Shown here: piece after piece, positions 26,627-34,947 of the stretch
How positions within the stretch are numbered: position 1 is the stretch's first letter
Layout: each line of letters begins with the position of its first letter
Assembly: GCA_040905465.1 (NCBI GenBank)
Contig: JBBDRK010000043.1
Coordinates: 1 to 64,000, forward strand
DNA: 64,000 nt
DNA from: Trueperaceae bacterium
Lineage (GTDB): Bacteria > Deinococcota > Deinococci > Deinococcales > Trueperaceae
Reading direction: 5' to 3'
The notes under the pieces: model-generated
Told to the model about the DNA's origin: nothing
Database searches by the model: none
The model's input: the letters and a program-made list of their open reading frames with translations, nothing else
Position numbers and translations under genes: made by a program

Positions 26627-28621
26627 GTGCCTGGCCGGGGCCGATTTCTCGCGCCACGCCGCCAGCGCCTCGCGCTGCTCATATCGCTGCTGAGCATCTG
26701 CCTTCTGTCTACGTCATGCAACGTGCGCGGCGGAGCGGCGGTCGGCGGCGGCGACGGTGTCGCCAGCGCGTCCTCTCCATTGGCGTTCGGCCCGGCGGGC
26801 GAGCATCTGTGGGTAGTCAATCCCGACGCCGATACAGTAACTGCCCTCGACGTCGCCACCAACACGTCTGCTCCTCCGGTCGCAGTCGGCCGCGAGCCGT
26901 GGAGCATCGCCGTCACTCCCCAGGGACTGGTGATCGTAGTCAACCGCGCCGACGGGACTCTCACGTTCCTCGACGACGGCCGGCGCGAGGACCTGCGGGT
27001 TGGGTCCGAGCCGGCTGCTGTCGCCCTCTCGCCCAGCGGCCGGCTCGCTTACGTCACCCTTTCGAGCAGTGGCGCGGTGGCCGTGGTCGACACCGGCTCA
27101 CGACAGGTCAGCGAACGCCTGGCGGTGGCCGCTTCCCCCTGGGCAATCGCCGTCAGCGACGACGGTGACAGCGACGACCTGGACGAGACTATAGTCGTCT
27201 CGCACCGGCTGGCGCTGCCGCTCGGTAGCGAGGATCGCCGAGGTCGTCTGACCCTGGTAGGACCCGAGGGGCAACGGGAGGTCGACTTGCCGGCGTTCGA
27301 GTTCGGCTTCGCCAACGCCCTGGAAGGGGTGGCGTTGCACGGCGACGAAATATTCGCGGTGCACCAGCTCAACAACCCTGGGCTGCCCCGGGGCTTCAAC
27401 ACCACCGTCTCGGCGGGGTTGTCGCGGCTGGCGGTGAGATCGCCGGCCGGAGCGGCTTCCCAGTCGCTTCCGTCGGCGGACGGTGCCGGAGCCTCGCCAC
27501 TCGGACTGCACCTCAACGACTCGGGCTTCTCCACTCCGGTGTCCTATCCTCGAGCGGTGGCGGTGGCGGTGACCGGCGACGGCGCCCGCGCCTACATCGT
27601 CCTGGGCGGCAGCGACTCGGTCATGGGAGTCGACCTCAGTGAACCAGACCGGCCGACACTCATCGGTTTCTGGCCGGTCGGCAGCAACCCGCGCGGGATA
27701 GTGCTCGATGGCACGGGCGAACGGGCGTTCGTGATGAACTACCTTTCCCGCGATGTCAGCGTGCTCGATCTCGTCGGTTCCGGCCGCAAAGAGATCGCCC
27801 GGATCGACACGGCGGCCGAGACTCTGCCGGCCGAGATCCTGGCCGGCAAGATCCTCTTCAACAAGGCCAACGACCCGCGCATCTCACGGCTCGGCTGGAT
27901 CTCCTGCTCATCGTGCCACTTGGACGGTGGCGGCGACGCGACCAACTGGGACACCCCCGAGGGAGTGCGGCAGACGATGCCACTGTGGAACCTGGCCGGA
28001 ACCCTCCCGCTGCACGCCGCGGCGACACGGGACGAGGTCCAGGACTTCGAAAGCGACCTCGAGGTGTTAATGAAAGGGGTCGGGCTGGCGCCGGGCGAGC
28101 ACCAGCCGCTGCTGGGAGAACCGAACGGCGGCCGCTCCGACGCCCTGGACGCGCTGGCAGCGTTCGTGCTGCAGGGCTTCCGGACTCCCGCGGCGCCGAC
28201 TGCATACGCCGACACCCAGTCGACGCAATCGTCTTCCCGATCGGTGCAAAGCGGGCGCCCGCTCTTCGAGCAGAGCGGCTGCGCCGAGTGTCACGGCGGC
28301 CCGTCCTGGACCGTGAGCAGCCCTCCGGCGCCGCCCGGGGAGCAGGCGGAGCCCGGCGCCGAGACGGTGAACGCGGTACTGCACCAGGTGGGCACCTTCG
28401 ATCCTGGCCACGACGTGCTGGGCGAGGACGGTTTCGACGTGCCCACGCTGCTGGGACTGCACGCCACCGCCCCTTACCTCCACGACGGCAGCGCTCCCCG
28501 ACTCGTCGACGTGCTCGACAACGAGCTGCATACCGGAGTTTCCCTGAATGACGAGGAGAGGCTCGAGCTGGCTCGTTTCCTGCTCACCATCGACGACTCG
28601 ACGGAGCCGTTTCTGCCCTGA
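26627..28621 (+). CDS. YVTN/YncE beta-propeller plus di-heme cytochrome c (peroxidase-like) lipoprotein; start uncertain
   Basis: Lipobox-like LLSTSC; VGREPWSIAV, VGSEPAAVAL and VGSNPRGIV blades; CSSCH and CAECH; VPTLLGL..TAPYLHDGSA. Confidence 0.85.
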   Translation: MPGRGRFLAPRRQRLALLISLLSICLLSTSCNVRGGAAVGGGDGVASASSPLAFGPAGEHLWVVNPDADTVTALDVATNTSAPPVAVGREPWSIAVTPQGLVIVVNRADGTLTFLDDGRREDLRVGSEPAAVALSPSGRLAYVTLSSSGAVAVVDTGSRQVSERLAVAASPWAIAVSDDGDSDDLDETIVVSHRLALPLGSEDRRGRLTLVGPEGQREVDLPAFEFGFANALEGVALHGDEIFAVHQLNNPGLPRGFNTTVSAGLSRLAVRSPAGAASQSLPSADGAGASPLGLHLNDSGFSTPVSYPRAVAVAVTGDGARAYIVLGGSDSVMGVDLSEPDRPTLIGFWPVGSNPRGIVLDGTGERAFVMNYLSRDVSVLDLVGSGRKEIARIDTAAETLPAEILAGKILFNKANDPRISRLGWISCSSCHLDGGGDATNWDTPEGVRQTMPLWNLAGTLPLHAAATRDEVQDFESDLEVLMKGVGLAPGEHQPLLGEPNGGRSDALDALAAFVLQGFRTPAAPTAYADTQSTQSSSRSVQSGRPLFEQSGCAECHGGPSWTVSSPPAPPGEQAEPGAETVNAVLHQVGTFDPGHDVLGEDGFDVPTLLGLHATAPYLHDGSAPRLVDVLDNELHTGVSLNDEERLELARFLLTIDDSTEPFLP

Positions 28622-28638
28622 TTTATTGGGTGGCCGCA

Positions 28639-28672
28639 GCGGCAGGGGACTTGCCTACTCGCCCCTTGCTGC
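28639..28672. terminator. Imperfect hairpin between convergent genes
   Basis: GCGGCAGGGG...CCCCTTGCTGC. Confidence 0.4.
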
Positions 28673-28682
28673 CTCTCCGACC

Positions 28683-28862
28683 CTAACCGCCGCCGGGCTC
28701 GTCCTCACCATCGGTCTCGGAGGCGATGAACCTGTTGAGCGCCGTGGGACTGGAGAAGGCTTGGCGGCTCCCGGTGCGAATATTCTCCAGGCTCGCCCGC
28801 CAGCAGTTTTCCCGGTCTGAATCTCGCCACAGGCGCAGCACGTAGAGGACATCTTCCCGCAC
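28683..28862 (-). CDS. Small hypothetical protein (59 aa), YxLRLW..WRASLE..TG..F type, probably leaderless
   Basis: GTG start 5 nt after GACACT; MREDVLYVLRLWRDSDRENCWRASLENIRTGSRQAFSSPTALNRFI. Confidence 0.75.
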   Translation of the reverse strand: MREDVLYVLRLWRDSDRENCWRASLENIRTGSRQAFSSPTALNRFIASETDGEDEPGGG

Positions 28863-28867
28863 AACCG

Positions 28868-28900
28868 AGTGTCGCCGTTTCGGCATTAAAAGGGCGTTAC
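28868..28900 (-). promoter_or_regulatory. Putative SARP-activated promoter of the small gene, back-to-back with the regulator's TATACT (28909-28914, + strand)
   Basis: Minus strand GTAAC-N6-TTAAT-GCC-N8-GACACT. Confidence 0.55.
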
Positions 28901-28929
28901 TGGGCCGGTATACTCGACTTGTCGAGCGT

Positions 28930-31900
28930 ATGGAGAAGTTGCAAGTACAGCTCATCGGCCCTCCGAAACTCTCCCTGCCGGGCGGAACGGCTCCGGAAGC
29001 CACCGGCAAGAAGCTGGCGCTGCTCCTCTACCTGGCGGTGCGGCGTCGTTCGGTGCCGAAGGAGGAGCTGGCGGACCTGCTCTGGGGCGGGAAACGAAAC
29101 AACTTACGGGTGGCGATGCATAGGCTCCGATCCGTCCCGTCGTCGGAGGCTTGGCTGCAAGATGAGGCTGAAGTCGGTTTGCGTTGCGACACCGACCTGG
29201 AGCGCTTCGAGGAGCTGCTGGCCCAAGAGGATCACGGCGCTGCCCTGGCGGTCTGGGACGAGTCGGGGGTTTCCGGGCCGGCCCGCGAGGCGCTGATTCA
29301 GGGCTTCAGGCTTCGCGGCGCCCCGGAGTTCAACGACTGGTTGGAGATAGAGCGCAGCCGCGTAGAGGGGCTCTATCTCGACTGCCTGCAACGGCGTGCG
29401 AGCGAGCTCGGGAAAGAGCGACGGTACGCTCAGGCGCTGGAGTGCTGGCACCGGCTGCTGGTCGAGGACCCCTTGCACGAAGGGGCGCACCGCGAGGTGA
29501 TGCTCCTCGAGTGGTTGCGCGGCCGGACCGAGGCCGCCCTCGGTCAGTTCATGGCCTGCCGGCGAATACTGAGCGCGGAGTTGGGGCTCGAGCCGCTCGA
29601 GGAGACGGTCGAGCTTTACGAGAAGATCAGGTCGAGCGCCCGTTCCGGCGGCGGTGACCGCAAGGGGAAGGGTGTGATGGCCCCTTTGGCCGACCCCGTG
29701 CCGTTCCTTGGCCGGGGCGCCGAGTTGCAGCGGGCGGCCGAACTGCTCGGGATGCGGCGGCTGGTCACGCTCACCGGCCCCGGCGGGGTCGGCAAGACGC
29801 GGTTGGCGCTGCGCGCCGCCGACACGGGCGGCCAGTCGTTCCGGGACGGGGTCCGTACTATCCTGCTGGCCGAGCTCAGCAGCCCCGAGTTCCTGGTGGC
29901 GGCCGTGGCGGACGGGCTGGGGCTCGACTTCACCGCCGGCGATCCGCCCCGCACGCAGTTGATCGACTACTTCCGGGAAAAGGAGCTGCTCCTGCTGGTG
30001 GACAACCTGGAGCACCTGCTGGGAGGGGTTGGGGTGTTCGAAGAGATCCTCGAGGCCGCGCCGGAGGTGAAAATACTGGCGACCTCGCGCGAGCCCCTCG
30101 GCTTGCCGGGCGAGGCGGTACTGCCGCTTTCCGGGCTGTCCTTCCCCGACGGCTCGGATGCCGAGCCGCCGGAATCGTTCGACTCGGTAAAGCTGTTCGC
30201 GCTGCACGCCCGCCGTTCCGACACCGAGTTCCGCCTGGATGAGGAGAACGTCGGGGCTGTCGCCAGGATTACGCGCCTGGTGGCAGGGTTGCCGTTGGGC
30301 CTGGAGCTGGCAGCCAGTTGGGTGAGACAGACACCGCTCGATGAGTTGGCCGGCGACCTCGAGAACAACCTCGCCCAGCTCAGCCGCGAGGGCGCCGGGG
30401 TACAGGAGAGCCGGTCGAGCCTGCGCGCGGTGCTCGATCACTCGTGGCGGCTTCTCGGAGACGCCGAGAGGGAGGGCCTGGCAAAGCTCTCGGTGTTCCG
30501 GGGCGGATTCGACCGGGAGAGCGCGGCAGCGGTAGCCGGCAGCGACTACCGGACACTGCTGGCGTTGGTCAGCAAGTCGTTGCTGGCGCGTGGGCGGGCC
30601 GGCCGCTTCGAGATGCTGGAGGTGGTCAGACAGTACGGCGCCGCACGGCTCGCCGGTGAAGGCGAGTGGCTGGTAGAGGCGCGCGACGCGCACGCGCATC
30701 ACTTCGCTCGCTGGTTGCGGTCGTTGCAGGGCGAGTTGGTCAGCTCCGGCCAACGCCGGGCGCTGCATGCCGCGCGTACTGAGATCGACAACATACGCGT
30801 CGCCTGGCGGCGTTGCTGTGAATCGGACGATGCCGAACGGCTGGAGCTGATGGTGGAGGCGGTGTTCCTCTACTACCGCTCTACCGGACTCGCCGGCGAG
30901 GGCGAGGCCCTGCTCGCCGAGGCGAGCGCGGCGGTGGCGCGGCTGCCGGGCGAGACCGGCGCCGGCCTGGGAGGGCGGTTGTCGAGCAGGCGAGGGTCCC
31001 TGATGGTGGACCTGGGGGAGTTCGAGCGGGCGACGAGGCTGCTCGAGCAGGGTCTGGAAGCGGCGCGGGCCTTTGCTGACCCGCTCGAGCTCCTCTTCTG
31101 CCGGGTACGCCTGGCCGAGCGCTCGCTTCGCTCCGGCGAGCTGGAAGGGGCGGAAAGCTGGGCGCGGGCGGCGTTGACCGACGCCGATGCTACGGTGCGC
31201 CCGTTTGATAGTGGCGCCCCTCAGTCGGGGAGCGGGGAGGAGAGGTTTGTCGCGGCGCCGGCAAGCGACGCGCAGGTAGCGAGCATCCGCGCCGACGCAC
31301 TTCTGGCGCTGGGCGCGGCCGCCGGCACCCGCGGCGACCTGGAGACAGCCCAGGACAGCTTCGAGAGGGCAGCGGAGGTGCTACGGGAGTGGGAAGATCG
31401 GGTCGGGCTGCTCAAGGCGTACAACGGCCTGGGAGTCGTGGCCGGCACTCGCGGCGAGTTCGAGACGGCTAGAGGTCGTTTCACCCGCAGCCTGGAGTTG
31501 GCGCGCGAGCTGGGTGACCGTAACGGCGTAGCGAACGCACTCGGGAACCTGGGAACCGCCGACCTGATCATGGAGGACCTCGACGAGGCCAGGGCCTGCT
31601 TCGAAGAGAGCCTGGCGATACGCCGCGAACGTGGCCACCGCCCCGGAGTGGTCGATTGCCTCACCGACCTGGGAAGCGTGGAGATGGCGTTGGAACGGCT
31701 CGGTGAGGCGCGGCTTCGCTACGAGGAGAGCGTACGACTGGCTCGGTCGCTGGAGCACCCCCTGAAGCTCGCCGTGGCCCTCGACAATCTGGCGCTGCTC
31801 TCGGCCCGACAGGGGGAAGGTGCCGACGCCCGGCGCCAGTTGGCGGAAGCGGCCGATCTGTACCTTGCGGAAAACGTCTTGCCTGGCACGCTCAGCGTGG

Positions 31901-32142
31901 TGGCGGCGTTCGGTCAGGTCCTGGCGATGGAACGCCAGGACGAGCGTGCGGCGGCCGTGCTCTCGTTCGTGCACGGTGAGGAGAAGACGACCGCCGAGGC
32001 CCGGATGTCGGTCGCGGAGACCCTCGACGGACTGCGGAAGCGGCTGGGAAGCGAGGAGTACGAGCGAGCGGAGGCAGCCGGCGCCGCGCTGGACCTGCCG
32101 ACGGCGCTGGAACGGTTGCACCGGGAGGCGAGCGCCGCTTAG
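28930..32142 (+). CDS. AfsR/SARP family regulator: winged HTH + BTAD + NB-ARC (STAND) ATPase + TPR repeats
   Basis: LALLLYLA..LADLLW; FNDWLEIER; DPLHEGAHREVM; GPGGVGKTRLA; LLLVDNLEHL; TSRE; GLPLGLELAA; C-terminal TPRs. Confidence 0.93.
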   Translation: MEKLQVQLIGPPKLSLPGGTAPEATGKKLALLLYLAVRRRSVPKEELADLLWGGKRNNLRVAMHRLRSVPSSEAWLQDEAEVGLRCDTDLERFEELLAQEDHGAALAVWDESGVSGPAREALIQGFRLRGAPEFNDWLEIERSRVEGLYLDCLQRRASELGKERRYAQALECWHRLLVEDPLHEGAHREVMLLEWLRGRTEAALGQFMACRRILSAELGLEPLEETVELYEKIRSSARSGGGDRKGKGVMAPLADPVPFLGRGAELQRAAELLGMRRLVTLTGPGGVGKTRLALRAADTGGQSFRDGVRTILLAELSSPEFLVAAVADGLGLDFTAGDPPRTQLIDYFREKELLLLVDNLEHLLGGVGVFEEILEAAPEVKILATSREPLGLPGEAVLPLSGLSFPDGSDAEPPESFDSVKLFALHARRSDTEFRLDEENVGAVARITRLVAGLPLGLELAASWVRQTPLDELAGDLENNLAQLSREGAGVQESRSSLRAVLDHSWRLLGDAEREGLAKLSVFRGGFDRESAAAVAGSDYRTLLALVSKSLLARGRAGRFEMLEVVRQYGAARLAGEGEWLVEARDAHAHHFARWLRSLQGELVSSGQRRALHAARTEIDNIRVAWRRCCESDDAERLELMVEAVFLYYRSTGLAGEGEALLAEASAAVARLPGETGAGLGGRLSSRRGSLMVDLGEFERATRLLEQGLEAARAFADPLELLFCRVRLAERSLRSGELEGAESWARAALTDADATVRPFDSGAPQSGSGEERFVAAPASDAQVASIRADALLALGAAAGTRGDLETAQDSFERAAEVLREWEDRVGLLKAYNGLGVVAGTRGEFETARGRFTRSLELARELGDRNGVANALGNLGTADLIMEDLDEARACFEESLAIRRERGHRPGVVDCLTDLGSVEMALERLGEARLRYEESVRLARSLEHPLKLAVALDNLALLSARQGEGADARRQLAEAADLYLAENVLPGTLSVVAAFGQVLAMERQDERAAAVLSFVHGEEKTTAEARMSVAETLDGLRKRLGSEEYERAEAAGAALDLPTALERLHREASAA

Positions 32143-32471
32143 CCGAGGAGCCCCATCGGAATCGTGCGGCTTTCCGACGGCTTGATCGACCGCCGGGAGG
32201 CCGCATTCGACCTGAACGATGCTCTTCGACCTGGCCTCCGACCCTGAACAGCGCTCGCACGTCGACGATCCGCGGTACCGTCGTCGCGCCGCAGCAACCG
32301 GCAATCGTCCAGCAGCTCCAGTGCCCTCCGGCGCCGATCGGCCGTCCCGGTTTCGTCAGCCAGGGCGCTCCAGCGTTCCTCCAGTGGACCGGGGTCGGCA
32401 CCCTCCTCGCGGAGTTGCCTGAACTCGTGGACGATCAGCTCCTCCGGCGCCAGATCGCCGATGGTTATCAT
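32139..32471 (-). pseudogene. Truncated N-terminus of a probable ADP-ribosylglycohydrolase-family gene
   Basis: ATGA-coupled to the melA stop. PEELIVHEFRQLREEG..EERW resembles N-termini of sugar-cluster ADP-ribosylglycohydrolases; plausible protein sequence ends near 32290. Confidence 0.5.
32216..32278 (+). pseudogene. Short sulfatase C-terminal remnant
   Basis: TMLFDLASDPEQ matches the LFDLxxDPxE/Q tail seen in both intact sulfatases of this window. Confidence 0.4.
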
Positions 32472-33883
32472 GCCCGCCCCCGCCACGACTCGCGGATATT
32501 CTCCGGTATGAACTCCCCGTGCGCCGCGAGCAGCTCGTCGACCATGCTCCAGGTCTCATCCAGGGTCAGCTCGGCGCCGGTATGAGGGTCGAGCATTGCA
32601 GCGTGGTAGATGTGCCGGTGGTCTCCGCTCAGGATCCCCTCGACGGTCAGCGACTGCACGTTTATGTTCGTCTGCATCAGCGCCGCCAACTGCTGCGGAA
32701 GCCGCCCCACTCGAGTCGGCTGTACACCGTTGCCGTCGACCAGGCAGGGGACCTCCACGCAGCATTCGGCCGGCAGGTTATCGATGAGCCCTTGATTGGG
32801 CACGTTGGCGTAGACGGTCCGCGGAGTGCCGGTCTCGATGCTGTGGATGATCCTGCTGCCGTACTCGCCGCTTTCGCGCACCTTGCTCAGCCCCTCGTAG
32901 CTCGACACCAGGTGATCGATCTGACGCGGCATGACCTCGATCCCCTGGTCGCCCACCGCCTGCCGGAGCTCCTCGGGATGGTGCGCTCCGGGCCGGCGCA
33001 ACTCCTCTTCGATGAACGGCCACGACAGCTCATAGATCTGACAGCGGCCCGGATACTCGTCGAGCGGGATGTTGAAGCGTTCCAGCAGGTCCGGTCGGCC
33101 GCTCTTGATGAACCAGGGCAGGTACTCGCTCAGGTGTTCGCTCGACTCGGTTACGAAGTAGCCCAGTCGAGCGAACAGTTCGTAGCGCACTCGGTTCCAG
33201 TCCGGCACCCGTCCCTCGTCGATAACCGCACGAACGCGGGGATAGAGGTCCTCGCCGTCCCGCTCGAACTTCAGGAAGAACGCCATGTGGTTGATGCCCG
33301 CCACCAGGTAGCGGGTGTCGCCGACCGCCACCCCGACGTCGCGGCTGAGCTCTCTGGCGGTGCCCTGGACACTGTGGCAGAGTCCATAGGTCTTGATCGG
33401 GCTTGCCCTGCGCAACGCCCAGACGTTTATCGCCATCGGGTTGACATAGCTCAGGTGCACCACGTCGGGGCAGAGCCGTTCCATGTCGCGCTGCATCTCC
33501 AGCAGCACCGGAACGGTACGAACCGCCCGCATTATCCCGCCGATACCGAGGGTGTCTCCTATCGTCTGCCGCAGGCCGTACTTCTTCGGTATCTCGAAGT
33601 CGGTCACGGTGGCAGGCCGGTAACCGCCCACCTGGATCATGTTGATGGCATAGTCGGCGCCGTCGAGCGCCTTCTCGCGGTCGGTGGTCGTTTCGATCTT
33701 CGGCGTCACGCCCAGCAGCTCTGCTATTCGCCGTCCCACCGCCACGCTCAATTCCAGCCGTTTCGGGTCGATGTCGAACAGCGTGATCGTGCTGTCCGCC
33801 AGCTCCGGAAGGCTGAGGATGTCGCCGATGAGGTTCTTCGCGAACACCGTGCTGCCGGCCCCGATGAAGGTTATCTTCGCCAT
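32468..33883 (-). CDS. melA: Alpha-galactosidase, glycoside hydrolase family 4
   Basis: KITFIGAGSTVF, QTIGDTLGIGG, NPMA, GLCHSV, GINHM, TESSEH, AAMLDPHT. Confidence 0.93.
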   Translation of the reverse strand: MAKITFIGAGSTVFAKNLIGDILSLPELADSTITLFDIDPKRLELSVAVGRRIAELLGVTPKIETTTDREKALDGADYAINMIQVGGYRPATVTDFEIPKKYGLRQTIGDTLGIGGIMRAVRTVPVLLEMQRDMERLCPDVVHLSYVNPMAINVWALRRASPIKTYGLCHSVQGTARELSRDVGVAVGDTRYLVAGINHMAFFLKFERDGEDLYPRVRAVIDEGRVPDWNRVRYELFARLGYFVTESSEHLSEYLPWFIKSGRPDLLERFNIPLDEYPGRCQIYELSWPFIEEELRRPGAHHPEELRQAVGDQGIEVMPRQIDHLVSSYEGLSKVRESGEYGSRIIHSIETGTPRTVYANVPNQGLIDNLPAECCVEVPCLVDGNGVQPTRVGRLPQQLAALMQTNINVQSLTVEGILSGDHRHIYHAAMLDPHTGAELTLDETWSMVDELLAAHGEFIPENIRESWRGRA

Positions 33884-33955
33884 GCCGTCCTTTCCTGCAG
33901 CTCCTTGTTCAGTGAGTGGACCGCGAGACATACTCCCGGGCAGGCTGTCTGCCGC

Positions 33956-34894
33956 TCAACCACCGGCTGCCTCGAGCACGTCGAAACAGAGCCGATGGGT
34001 CTCGAGCGCGTCCCGATAGGAACTGAACAGGAGCGTGTCGTCGTTGTGTCGAATCGCTTCCAGGAATGCCCGGTTCTCGCGCACGATCGGTTTCTCGCCC
34101 AGCCGCAGGAAGCGCCGCTCCCGGCCCCGTTCGAAGCTCACGCCCGCACGGTTGATCGTCACCAGTTGTCCTTCGCTCACGAGCTTCACGTACACCTCCT
34201 CGGCACCGTCGAGCAGGCAGGTTGCCGTGAACGCCCCGGTTGCGCCGCTGTCGAAGCGGATGAGGGCGGTGCTGGTGGTAGCCACGTCCAGCCCCGGATA
34301 AGCCGCCCTCTGGTGCCTGCCGGCGGTAGCCGTCACCACGGTGGCTTCCCCCAGGAGGTGCCGGGCTATGTCGAAGAGGTGGGTGGCCTGCTCGACCATC
34401 TGGCCGCCGCTCGTTTCCTGCCGCCGCCACCAACCTGGCGGCGGCGTACTGCCGTGCCAGGCGGCCAGCAGCAGTTGCGCCGGCCTTTCGGCGAGCGCCG
34501 CACGTACCTCCGGCATCGTGTCCATCGCTCGCCAGTGGTAGCCGACACCGGCGATCAGCCCTTGGGCCGCCAGCGCCCGGCCAATCTCTTCCCCGGTCTC
34601 CCTGTCGGCGGACAGAGGCTTCTCGACGAAGAAGGGGACGCGATGCTCGATCAGGCAGCGCTCGATCGCCCCGTGCGAACCGGGCGGGACCGTTATCCAG
34701 GCGGCCTCGACGCTTTCGTTGTCGAGCAGTTCCTGGCAGGTGGGGTATGCCCTGCCCCCCCACCGCCGTGCCGCAGCTTCCGTGCGCTCGGCCGTTCGCG
34801 ACACATGCCCGACGACCTCGACGCCAGGTTCGGCGGCGAGAGCCTCGAGGTGCGCCTGGGCGAAGCCGCCGCTGCCGATCATCGCAATCTTCAT
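33956..34894 (-). CDS. Gfo/Idh/MocA oxidoreductase
   Basis: MKIAMIGSGG, VEKP, SGGQMVEQATH; GGAGG RBS before ATG 34894. Confidence 0.9.
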   Translation of the reverse strand: MKIAMIGSGGFAQAHLEALAAEPGVEVVGHVSRTAERTEAAARRWGGRAYPTCQELLDNESVEAAWITVPPGSHGAIERCLIEHRVPFFVEKPLSADRETGEEIGRALAAQGLIAGVGYHWRAMDTMPEVRAALAERPAQLLLAAWHGSTPPPGWWRRQETSGGQMVEQATHLFDIARHLLGEATVVTATAGRHQRAAYPGLDVATTSTALIRFDSGATGAFTATCLLDGAEEVYVKLVSEGQLVTINRAGVSFERGRERRFLRLGEKPIVRENRAFLEAIRHNDDTLLFSSYRDALETHRLCFDVLEAAGG

Positions 34895-34947
34895 GACTTC
34901 CCTCCGTAGGGCCGCATTTTTCGTGCTCGGGCGTGCCTCATCGTCCC

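Noticed and set aside
29104-30768. 554-aa minus-strand ORF (likewise 40505-42016, 56272-57747, 25750-26964 and 51004-52332)
   Set aside because: Antisense to well-supported genes, with no recognisable domains.
28930-32142. Avs-type antiviral STAND defence system
   Set aside because: The N-terminus is a wHTH-BTAD transcription activator module rather than a nuclease, TIR, SIR2 or protease effector, and no defence genes flank it.
32519-34909. 796-aa plus-strand ORF
   Set aside because: Antisense shadow of melA and the Gfo/Idh/MocA gene; no motifs, typical of high-GC DNA.
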